In this document: positions 16,192 through 24,900 of the stretch, in pieces
Numbering within the stretch: position 1 is the first letter of the stretch
Layout: each line of letters begins with the position of its first letter
Origin: a virus
Taxonomy: Duplodnaviria > Caudoviricetes
Direction: 5' to 3' (one strand)
IMG/VR virus record: IMGVR_UViG_3300020381_000736
Coordinates: 1-34,813 of that record
DNA length: 34,813 nucleotides
Made by a program: the position numbers and the translations under genes
Notes under the pieces: generated by a model
What the model was told of the DNA's origin: nothing
Databases searched by the model: none
Seen by the model: only the letters and a program-made list of their open reading frames with translations

Positions 16192-17161
16192 TATCATCTC
16201 CATTTTTCTTCAGGAGCATTTTCTCCCAAAGTTTTTTGTCGGCTTTGAGGTCTTCTGGATCAATGTCTACTTGCATCCAAGTAGCACGGTCTTCTGGAGA
16301 TATCTCAGATACGTCCCACCCTTCAGGGTAAACAATTTTCCAATAGCCTCTTTCATCGCCTTGTTGTATAAGTGCCAATACCGCGGCTTCAATTGCCGAA
16401 CGTACTGCCCACGTTACACTTTCGTTTTCTGTCATACCACTTTCTAGTTCTAAAAGTTTTGTATCCATGTCTAAAAACCTAAATACATCTCCTCCTACAC
16501 CAGTACTCAAAATGGTTTTGTATGTCTGTACGTTGAGTAACACTTCGCCTGTGAGTGTGCTTACCGCTCTAAGTGAAACTACAACACTATCTCTACGATA
16601 TTGGTTTGTGGTTCCAATACCAAGATATCTTGCACCATTACCGCCAGTTTCAATATTAGTGTCGTAACCAATTATACCACCTTCTAATATCATACCTGCG
16701 AATAATAATGGTTGGACTCCCTCTGCTGGGGCCTCATCCGTTGCAAATTGTTCTCGAGTACTACGAACAATCTGACGTTCCCTAACAAGGTTATCAAGTC
16801 CAAAACCTCTTTCTACAACTCTAAACCATGTGCCTTTAGGATCGTCCTTAGCACCTGCGGCTTTGAGTGAATCTATCAATAAATCTTTTGCACCTTGTGT
16901 AACAGCGGTGCTAAAACTTGCAACTCCGTCTGAACTTAATCGTTGTCCAGTTAAGTCGTCAAATTTATAAACTGCAACCACAGGCATAACTTCTGCCGGT
17001 GGTAAATTTCTTAATTTTTTATATGTGGGCAATTCTACAAATTTAGGTTCTTCAATACATTCCATTAAAGAACTATTGCAAACTTTGTCACCAGGAATGC
17101 TTACACTAGCACATCCACTAATGAACAAAGCACCTAATATTGCTATTAATCCTACTTTCAA
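16181..17161 (-). CDS. csgG: Curli secretion channel lipoprotein CsgG
   Basis: Lipobox FISGC; VAVYKFDDLTGQ..SFSTAVTQG, WFRVVER..LDNLVRERQIVR, EGGIIGYDTN..TGG.GARYLGIG, QYRRD.V.VSLRAV..TGEVL..V.T.KTILS. TTG start. Confidence 0.93.
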   Translation of the reverse strand: MKVGLIAILGALFISGCASVSIPGDKVCNSSLMECIEEPKFVELPTYKKLRNLPPAEVMPVVAVYKFDDLTGQRLSSDGVASFSTAVTQGAKDLLIDSLKAAGAKDDPKGTWFRVVERGFGLDNLVRERQIVRSTREQFATDEAPAEGVQPLLFAGMILEGGIIGYDTNIETGGNGARYLGIGTTNQYRRDSVVVSLRAVSTLTGEVLLNVQTYKTILSTGVGGDVFRFLDMDTKLLELESGMTENESVTWAVRSAIEAAVLALIQQGDERGYWKIVYPEGWDVSEISPEDRATWMQVDIDPEDLKADKKLWEKMLLKKNGDDNED

Positions 17162-17164
17162 TTT

Positions 17165-17665
17165 TTATCCGCCCAATGTTCCTATACCGATAGGAATTTC
17201 TATTTCTGTAACTGTTCCATCTACATCTACAATGGTCAATTGAATATATTGAACGCCGTCTATTGTAATAATTTGATAGGAAACATTGTTATCTTCAATC
17301 GAAAATGCTCCTTCGGTAGAGTTTGTACAAGTTGGAACTTCTGCAGGATTACAAAACATACTATCAACTAATCCCTTAGAAATTTGTGAATAAATTCTAC
17401 TCTCTAAATTTCTAATAAATTTATTAATTGTGCTGTTTGAATCTGCTCTTTCAGCCGCTCTTAAAGCCGCTTCTATATCGTCCCTAATCTTGTCTTTTCT
17501 ACTCTTTTCCTGATTTTCAATTGTAAGATAATGTGCGCCAGTACCTATACCACTGAAACTAGGATTTTTAAATTTATGTTTTAATTGGTCTGCAAGAACT
17601 GTTTGACTTGCAAAGAACAATACCATCACAAAAATTCCTAAATGTGTTCCTGTGATTTTATACAT
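17165..17665 (-). CDS. csgF: Curli assembly component CsgF
   Basis: Signal peptide followed by QLKHKFKNPSFSG (cf. CsgF FQFRNPNFGG), LESRIYSQIS and C-terminal IQLTIVD..GTVTEIEIP; adjacent to csgG. Confidence 0.85.
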   Translation of the reverse strand: MYKITGTHLGIFVMVLFFASQTVLADQLKHKFKNPSFSGIGTGAHYLTIENQEKSRKDKIRDDIEAALRAAERADSNSTINKFIRNLESRIYSQISKGLVDSMFCNPAEVPTCTNSTEGAFSIEDNNVSYQIITIDGVQYIQLTIVDVDGTVTEIEIPIGIGTLGG

Positions 17666-17966
17666 CTTTAATTTTCTCCTTGAGTTCTGCTAGTTCTTCA
17701 ACTGCTTCATCCTCTTCATGCTCTTCTATTATTTTTTTACGAGCATTATATTCTAAAACTACATTGACTTTTTGTTGTAGTCTTATCATGTCTTGATCCA
17801 ACATTCTAGTTTGGTCAATCACTCTGACAAGTGCCATATGCATCTTACCAAGTTGTGGTTTTACATGTTTGTTTACATAATCCCACACATAGTATATGAA
17901 GTAACCTAAGCCAACACATGCTACAACTGGAAATCCATACTGAGATATTAATCCTGCAATGTCCAT
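17658..17966 (-). CDS. Small membrane protein (single N-terminal TM plus coiled coil)
   Basis: ISQYGFPVVACVGLGYFIYYVW followed by an amphipathic helix; paralog of 17966..18262. Confidence 0.8.
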   Translation of the reverse strand: MDIAGLISQYGFPVVACVGLGYFIYYVWDYVNKHVKPQLGKMHMALVRVIDQTRMLDQDMIRLQQKVNVVLEYNARKKIIEEHEEDEAVEELAELKEKIKDV

Positions 17967-18262
17967 TAGTCTCTCCTTGCGTCTATACTACCGTCCTCAA
18001 TAAAGTTTTCTGCTCGGGCTATACGTTCAATATCAGGTCTTAATTCAAGTGCAGAACTTACTAATAAGTCAATTTTAATCATTTCGTTACTCATAACTCG
18101 TGCTCTGTCTTCCAACATTTCACAAAATTTAGTAAGGGTCTGAATTTGGCCTACCACTCCGGCAAGCATTTGTTTGATAGTCAGAAATATAAAGTATCCC
18201 ATCACCAATGCTCCGGCGATTGGGAAACCGACTTCCGCTATCATTTTGAAAATCTCACTCAT
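17966..18262 (-). CDS. Small membrane protein (single N-terminal TM plus coiled coil)
   Basis: IAEVGFPIAGALVMGYFIFLTI; TAATG coupling to the next gene; first gene of the csg cassette. Confidence 0.8.
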   Translation of the reverse strand: MSEIFKMIAEVGFPIAGALVMGYFIFLTIKQMLAGVVGQIQTLTKFCEMLEDRARVMSNEMIKIDLLVSSALELRPDIERIARAENFIEDGSIDARRD

Positions 18263-18334
18263 CTGTACTGCACACTCTGTTTATTTGTTTTTATGTATTG
18301 TATCTAGTGTTCGTTACTCTGTACTCTACAAGCA

Positions 18335-18342
18335 TATTTATC
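18335..18342 (-). promoter_or_regulatory. Late promoter GATAAATA heading the csg/FecR/cyclase cassette
   Basis: Exact motif 72 nt upstream of ATG 18262. Confidence 0.68.
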
Positions 18343-18393
18343 CAAAAGTTACCAAAAAGTCTGGTACAGAATACCAATCTAATAAATTAGTTT

Positions 18394-18401
18394 GATAAAT
18401 A
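18394..18401 (+). promoter_or_regulatory. Late promoter GATAAATA (divergent partner)
   Basis: Exact motif upstream of a ~110-nt leader and ORF 18516. Confidence 0.65.
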
Positions 18402-18405
18402 ACTT

Positions 18406-18495
18406 TGTAACATGATTGTAACATAACGTTGAAGAACATTTTTGTTGACCCCAATAGGGCTGATACAATAACAATGTTTGTAGCAATCATTTACA
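18406..18495 (+). other. Predicted structured 5' leader RNA
   Basis: TGTAA-C-ATGATTG (18406-18418) pairs with CAATCAT-TTACA (18484-18495); inner AACATT/AATGTT, TTGT/ACAA and CCC/GGG. Confidence 0.45.
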
Positions 18496-18515
18496 TCACA
18501 TAACAGGAGAAAATT

Positions 18516-18869
18516 ATGGTGAAACCACTAGGAATAGTAGCCATGTTAGTCTTGCTCTTAAACAGCGGAACAGCATTGGCTTCAAACCACATAAGTATTA
18601 GTCACGTCAAAGACATGGGTGTAACTACTACTGGAAAATTAATACTAAAAACTAAATGGAACAAAAAGTTAGAAGGACAACTAAAAATGTGTCCGGTCAC
18701 AGATTTTGTGGCACAAATAAACTTTGATGAGGTGCTTAGGCTGTATCCACAAGGAACTAGAATAAGAGAAAATTCAACTATTCAATTCCTTTCATACAAT
18801 CCTAAAAATAAAAGAAACACGCCGCTAGGAACTTGTAAATTAGAATCTTTAACTACAAAAATTAGTTAA
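18516..18869 (+). CDS. Secreted hypothetical protein (117 aa, two Cys)
   Basis: AGGAG SD; Sec signal peptide ending ALA; basic, beta-rich mature part. Confidence 0.8.
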   Translation: MVKPLGIVAMLVLLLNSGTALASNHISISHVKDMGVTTTGKLILKTKWNKKLEGQLKMCPVTDFVAQINFDEVLRLYPQGTRIRENSTIQFLSYNPKNKRNTPLGTCKLESLTTKIS

Positions 18870-18982
18870 TGGAAAATTTATTTGCCTTAATGGCAGTCGC
18901 ACTCATACCATTTTCAGTATATGGATGGATTATGATGTGGGATATAATAAAGGAACTTAAACCTAATAATGCAAAAGGTTAA
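18869..18982 (+). CDS. Small single-TM protein (37 aa)
   Basis: Not in the ORF track. TAATG coupling; MENLFALMAVALIPFSVYGWIMMWDIIKELKPNNAKG. Confidence 0.6.
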   Translation: MENLFALMAVALIPFSVYGWIMMWDIIKELKPNNAKG

Positions 18983-19070
18983 AAAAAGGTTAAAAAAATC
19001 TTTTAAAGATTTTGATAACATGATGAAAGCAGGACGTTTCGATAAAGTAGCAAATCAGTTTTTAGTTTAA
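18969..19070 (+). CDS. Small basic protein (33 aa)
   Basis: Not in the ORF track. MQKVKKRLKKSFKDFDNMMKAGRFDKVANQFLV; overlaps the previous stop and ends just before the terminator. Confidence 0.5.
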   Translation: MQKVKKRLKKSFKDFDNMMKAGRFDKVANQFLV

Positions 19071-19076
19071 CATGTC

Positions 19077-19107
19077 AAAAAAAAGCACCCTTAATGGGTG
19101 CTTTTTT
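19077..19107. terminator. Bidirectional rho-independent terminator
   Basis: A8-GCACCC-TTAAT-GGGTGC-T6 between convergent genes. Confidence 0.9.
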
Positions 19108-19120
19108 AATATTTTTTAGT

Positions 19121-21844
19121 TTACATTAAGTTTACTAATACTTCAATAACACCTTCGCCTTCCTCATTAGAACCAACTGCTTTACCAATTATTCTACCTG
19201 GGCCTGCATTATTATCTGCTTTAGCATGTCCTTTAATACTTGAACTAACCATTAAGTCACCTTTTTCAATTGGACCTGTAACCTTACATGGAACTCTTCC
19301 TGTAAGTGCAACATAGTAACCTTCTCCTTCGCTGTTCATCATGTATGCTGGATCAGTACTGATAACACCTGCAACTTTGTGGTCTAATTCTACACCACAT
19401 GCACATATTTCACTATCTCCTCCAAAGCATACAACATCACCTGGTTCTAGTTCTTCATTACTTTCATATTTCTCAGCCAAATCCGCATATTTTGCCGAAG
19501 TTGCCGTTCCTTGGAAAGTAACTGCGTAAACTTCATTATATCTTAATGAACCACTACCTAAGTCAATTGAATTATCTGCGTTAGGTGTAATTGTACCACT
19601 GTGAGTATCGTTAGCATCACTTCTTAAGAAAGAAGTACTGTTCAAGTCATCTAATGTACCTGCATCTACTTCTAGTGCATTAACAAAAGATTGTGTTGCT
19701 ACTGCTGTAACTCTTGCATCTGCTCTTGCATTTGTAAAGTATAAGTTAGTTGAACCTTCTGTCATTTCGTCAGTATTATCTTTTGTTGCTATTTGTGAGG
19801 TAACATAAGCCTTAACTGATTGCTGTGATGGAACATGCGTAGCACTATCACTTGCCATATTGTCTTCATCTTTAATAGCCGCTTGTACTCTTGCATCTGC
19901 TCTTGCATTTGTGTAATATAAATTACTAGAGCCTTCTGATACTGTATCAGTATCGCCCTGTGTAAATGTTAGTACACCTGATGTACTATTATATGCTAGT
20001 TGGTCTGAAGTTTCACTAATTGCCGCTCTGGCTCTTGCATCTGTATAATATAAATTAGTTGAGCCTTCTGTTATCTCATCTGAATTATCTTTAGTTGCTA
20101 TTTGTGTGGCAATGTATGCCTTAACTGATTGCTGTGATGGAACATGTGTTGCACTATCACTTGCAAAGTTATCTTCATCTTTAATTGCGTTTGCAATTCT
20201 GGCGTCTGCTCTTGCATTTGTGTAATAGAGGTTATCGCCTTCTGTAATATCTGTAGTTGTTAATGCTTCTGCAATAGTAATAGTACCTGCTGAATCATCA
20301 TAGGTAACACTAATGTTACCTGTACCTGACATAATAGCACCAACCCTGTCATCTACTCTTTCGTTAGTGTAGTATAAGTTTGATCCTTCTGTAAGGTCAC
20401 CTGTATCTGCCGCCGCCATTTTAACATCAAATCTAGCATCTGCTCTTGCTGATGTATGGTAAAGATTACTTGAACCTTCACTTAATGAGTCAGTGTCAGC
20501 CGCCGCTATCCTGGCGTCTGCTCTTGCGTTAGTAAAATATAAATTTGTAGAACCTTCTGATAATGTATCAGTATCTTCTGCAATATTAGTATATGACGAT
20601 CCATCATTTGTGAATTGCCATTTGTCTGAAGTTTCATTCCATTGGAATGTTACATCTGAACTACTGCCTCTGTTTACAGTAAGACCTGCATTCTCACTTG
20701 GGGAACCTGAAGCATCTCTGTTTAATTCTACAATATTATCTGCCAAACTTGCAGTTGTTGTGTTAATAATTGTTTGTGTACCATTAACTGTAAAGTTACC
20801 AGTTACAACAACATCATTACTAAATGTTTTAGCACCTGCAATACTTTGTGTTCCAGATGTTCTAACTACTGTATTATCTACATCAATAGTAGCACCTGAT
20901 AAACTAACACCATCTCCACCTGTTAAGTATGTTGCACCATCAACGTATGCCTTTCTTGCGGCATCGTTAGCCTGTGCTGGTGATGATAAATTGTTAATGT
21001 GGTTACTGTTTAAATTAATGTTTGACCCCATTGTCAAACCACCAGTACCTGTAAGTGTTTGTCCACTATCCACAGTCATTGCAGATTGTATATTAATTAC
21101 ACCAGTACCACTTGCATTTAATTCAATGTCACCTGATCCTGAAGTAATAATTCCTAAGTTTTGGTTTGCGTTAGCAGAAACTTGGATTGTTCCTGAACTA
21201 TCGTCTAATACTTTTTGTCCGTTAATATATAAAGATCCTGGACCAATATATACATCTTTCCAAACATTTGCTGGAGCACCTAATGAGTAAGTGTTATTTG
21301 CACTAGGTTCAAAGTTTGCTCCAAAACCTGTTCCTGATGCTGTCTTATCAAAAAATGCATCATTAACTGTTAAAGTTACATCACCTGATGCACCTCCACC
21401 TGATAATCCATTACCTGCTGTTACGGCTGTAATGTCACCAGTTGTTGCTGAGAAAACACCATTAGTTGCTGTAATACCTGTACCAGCCATTGCTGTTGCC
21501 AGGTCTGCTATACTTTCTTTTTTACTGCTGTTATCTGTGCCGTCAATTAATGCAATGCTATCTGCTGTTACATCAACTCCGACTGCTGTTAATTCGTTTA
21601 AATCTAATGCTAACGAAACTGCACCAGATGTACCGCCGCCTGATAGTCCATCACCTGCTGTTACGGCTGTGATGTCTCCTGCTTGTATATCTGAGAATTT
21701 TGCTAGTCTATGTCCACCTGCTGTTGACCCATCGTGGACTCTAAGGGTATCTAAATCAGTATCAACCGTAATCTCGCCAACTAGTCCTGTGAATGAACTG
21801 TGTTGTGAAGTTGTACCTCTTCTCCATTGAATTGCTGTGGCCAT
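19121..21844 (-). CDS. Tail fibre/spike protein (Mtd-N-like N-terminus, internal repeats, C-terminal chaperone/peptidase-G2-like domain)
   Basis: IQWRRGT...GEITVDTD..TLRVHDG.TAGG; many TEGSTNLYxTxARA repeats; C-terminal ADLAEKY...PAYMMN..VALTGRVPCKV..GDLMVSS..IIGKA. Confidence 0.8.
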   Translation of the reverse strand: MATAIQWRRGTTSQHSSFTGLVGEITVDTDLDTLRVHDGSTAGGHRLAKFSDIQAGDITAVTAGDGLSGGGTSGAVSLALDLNELTAVGVDVTADSIALIDGTDNSSKKESIADLATAMAGTGITATNGVFSATTGDITAVTAGNGLSGGGASGDVTLTVNDAFFDKTASGTGFGANFEPSANNTYSLGAPANVWKDVYIGPGSLYINGQKVLDDSSGTIQVSANANQNLGIITSGSGDIELNASGTGVINIQSAMTVDSGQTLTGTGGLTMGSNINLNSNHINNLSSPAQANDAARKAYVDGATYLTGGDGVSLSGATIDVDNTVVRTSGTQSIAGAKTFSNDVVVTGNFTVNGTQTIINTTTASLADNIVELNRDASGSPSENAGLTVNRGSSSDVTFQWNETSDKWQFTNDGSSYTNIAEDTDTLSEGSTNLYFTNARADARIAAADTDSLSEGSSNLYHTSARADARFDVKMAAADTGDLTEGSNLYYTNERVDDRVGAIMSGTGNISVTYDDSAGTITIAEALTTTDITEGDNLYYTNARADARIANAIKDEDNFASDSATHVPSQQSVKAYIATQIATKDNSDEITEGSTNLYYTDARARAAISETSDQLAYNSTSGVLTFTQGDTDTVSEGSSNLYYTNARADARVQAAIKDEDNMASDSATHVPSQQSVKAYVTSQIATKDNTDEMTEGSTNLYFTNARADARVTAVATQSFVNALEVDAGTLDDLNSTSFLRSDANDTHSGTITPNADNSIDLGSGSLRYNEVYAVTFQGTATSAKYADLAEKYESNEELEPGDVVCFGGDSEICACGVELDHKVAGVISTDPAYMMNSEGEGYYVALTGRVPCKVTGPIEKGDLMVSSSIKGHAKADNNAGPGRIIGKAVGSNEEGEGVIEVLVNLM
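19700..20260 (-). repeat. Internal duplication, 309-bp offset, in the tail fibre gene
   Basis: GCCTTAACTGATTGCTGTGATGGAACATG occurs at 19809 and 20118; encodes two copies of IKDEDNxASDSATHVPSQQSVKAY..QIATKDN.DE.TEGSTNLY. Boundaries approximate. Confidence 0.85.
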
Positions 21845-21927
21845 GTTTGTCTTCCTATATGTTCTACATTAGTAGTCTACACTCACGTTGAGCATAGTCA
21901 AATAGCATACTGCCATTTTTATAACTG

Positions 21928-21935
21928 TATTTATC
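21928..21935 (-). promoter_or_regulatory. Late promoter GATAAATA for the 907-aa fibre gene
   Basis: Intergenic, 83 nt upstream of ATG 21844. Confidence 0.65.
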
Positions 21936-21940
21936 GGAAG

Positions 21941-24900
21941 TTACTTAATTTGTGCTTCTACAACACCTGTTCCGGAGGATAAATGTTCACTTATTGCAAT
22001 ACCTATCATACTAGGTCCTGTTACGTGATATCCTTTGAACGGTGCCGCTTCTGCGTGACCTGGTGTGTTACTACAAATTAGTACATCACCTTTTCTAACT
22101 GCGCCTGTAACTTTAACAGGAACTCGTCCTCTTAATGCTAACACTATGCCGCCTTCTAATCCTTCGTTCATTAAGAATGCTGGATCAGTACTGACAACAC
22201 CTGCTATACTTGGGCAGTTTTGTTTTGTTGATTGTGTTACTTCTTCTGCTCCACCAAATATCATCACAGTACCAACATCATAGTCTTTGTCTGAAACATA
22301 CTTCTCAGCCAAATCCGCATATTGGGCCGTTGTTGCTGTTCCTTCAAAAGTATTTGCAAATACTTGATTATATCTAAGTGAGCCACTACCTAAGTCAATA
22401 GTGTTATCTGCATTAGGTGTAATTGTACCACTATGTGTATCATTTGCATCGCTTCTTAAGAAACTACCACTGTCTAAACTATCTAGTGTATCAGCATCTA
22501 CATTTAATGCATCAACAAATGCATTTGTAACTCTTGCATCAATTAACGTATTAACTCTTGTATTTGTGTGATATAAATTAGTAGAACCTTCACTTAGTCC
22601 ATCAGTATCGACTGTCTCAAATGCACCAGTAACTTCTAAGTTACCTGTTACTTTAGCACCACCAGTTGTGGTTTCTAATCTTGTAGCATTATTAAATGCC
22701 ATTACAACACCACTACCAGTGTTGATTGTTAATGCTGTTTTAGAACCAGCCGCGTTTTGGAATGTTTGCGTTCCAGATTTATAAATTATTGAACCTGTAC
22801 CAACATCTGCAATATAACTGTTTAAACTATCATGATAGATTTCTAAGTCTGGTCCATCACCAAATGTTGCTTTTTCGTTATCGCCATAATTAATACTATG
22901 ACCATTAACATCTAAATTACCACCTAATTGTGGAGTTGTATCTTCTACAACATTTTCTATACTTACTGCTCTTGCTCTAACATCTGTGTAGAATAAATTA
23001 CTTGATCCTTCTGTGATATTATCTGTATCAAATTCTGAAAAGTCTATTGCAATATCATCATTGTTTGCAACAATACCTGTACCACCTACAACATTAAGTG
23101 TTGCATCACCTGAGTTTGCACCACCTGTTAAACCATCTCCAGCAATAACACCTGTAATATCACCTGTGTTGTCTGCATCAATGGTTAATGTACCTGCACC
23201 ATCATTGTATGTTGCTGTTATATTTGCTCCACCAATTATTAATGCTCCAACTCTATCGTCAACTCTTTCATTGGTGAAATATAAATTATCTCCTTCTGCA
23301 ATATCATTAGTTGTTAATGCTTCGGAAATTGTAATTGTGTCTGCCCCATCATCATATGTAACTGTTAAGTTACCTGATGCTGTTAATATGGCGCCTATCT
23401 TATCTGCAACTCTTTCATCTGTATAATATAGATTATCACCTTCAGTGATATCTGTAGTTGTTAATGATTCTGAAATTGTAATTGTGTCTGCGGCATCATC
23501 ATAAGCAACATTTATGTTACCAGTTGCACTTAATATGCCACCAATTTTGTCTGCTACCCTTTCATCTGTATAGAATAAATTTGAGCCTTCTGTAATGTGA
23601 TCCGTTGTACCTGGAACACTAATAACACCTGTACCGGCAGTATAACCTTGTGATCCTGCACTTACACTAACTAATCCTCTTATGTCTGCATTTGCTACTT
23701 CTATATCATTTGCGTTTACAGTAATACCATATCCGCCTATTGCATTTAGTGTAACATCTCCTGATGTTCCGCCACCAGTTAAACCTGCGCCTGCAACAAC
23801 ACCTGTTACATCACCTGTTAAATCATTGTCAATAACAAATGTACCTGCGCCATCATCATAAGTTACTGTGATATTAGCACCACCTGATACTAATACATTT
23901 ACTTGGTCATCTACTGCTTCTGCAAAGTCTGTAACTTGGTCTGCCGTAATTGCTATAGCCTGATTAGCCGCACCAGTTAATCTACCTTGTTGGTCAACTG
24001 TAAAGTTACTTACTGTAGAAGCATTACTACCATATGTTGCTGGTGTAACTGCTGTATTATCCAGTGATACCGTTAAAGTATTTGTAGCACCTGCAGTACT
24101 GATTGCATTTCCACCTGCAATAGTTAATGTTTCACTATCTAAGTCTATGCTTAATGCACCACCTGAGTCTCCTTGGAAGTCTAGGTCTTCTGCTGTTAGT
24201 TGTGTATCAACGTATGCTTTAACACTTTGTTGAGTTGGTATCTTAGTAGCACTATCAGAAGCCATATTGTCTTCATCAACTAACCAAGTACCATTTATTC
24301 TTGCATCTACTCTAACATCTGTGTAGAATAAATTTGTTGAACCTTCTGTAATATGGTCTGAAGTTCCTGGAATACTAAATTGTCCAGTGCCACTTGTATA
24401 ACCTTGTGAACCTGCTGTTGCACTTAAATTACCTCTAGCAATGTCTCTGATGTTATCGCTATTTGCTGTAATAGTAACAACGTTTGCGGCATTGTTTGAT
24501 AAATCAATACCTGTGCCACCTGTAAGTTGTCTTAGATAATAAATTGAATCTGATAACGAAGCAAGTACTTCTTCACCACTTCCATCACCAGTATCAATTG
24601 TTGTTACTGTTGCATCAATCAAGTCAACAATAGCATTACCTTGAATACCTTTTAATTTGTTACTTGCGGCGTCATAAAAAATAGTACCATTAACCATTAA
24701 TTGGTCATTACTATGTTTCATACCCATTGTGATAGCACCATCAACTGTTAATCTTTCTAATGGTCTAGCACCTGTTGAATATTCTCCATCAATGCCTGCG
24801 CCGGTTGGCTTATAAACTACGTTTGAGTAAGTTGCAACATTGGCTTGGTTACCAATAAACATTGTACTGTTACCAAAGTTTTGTAAAGTACGTCTTGCAA

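Noticed and set aside
11429-18262. Assembly chimera with bacterial DNA
   Set aside because: Base composition and codon style look like the flanks, and phage late motifs sit at 13300 and 18335. Read mapping would settle it.
18485-18500. CRP (cAMP receptor) site near the cyclase cassette
   Set aside because: Only a TCACA half-site is present; there is no TGTGA at the required 6-nt spacing.
20493-21830. Long plus-strand ORFs (265 and 179 aa) opposite the fibre gene, and similar antisense ORFs throughout the window
   Set aside because: Explained by codon bias of the sense gene leaving the antisense frame stop-poor; no SD or promoter, and no recognisable motifs.
19121-22480. Diversity-generating retroelement (Mtd-like N-terminus plus duplicated 3' segments)
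   Set aside because: No reverse transcriptase in the window. Both copies are coding and differ mostly at synonymous positions, not specifically at adenines.
19700-24400. CRISPR-like array suggested by recurring ~25-30-nt repeats
   Set aside because: The repeats are degenerate, in-frame protein repeats with irregular or long spacing; no cas genes.
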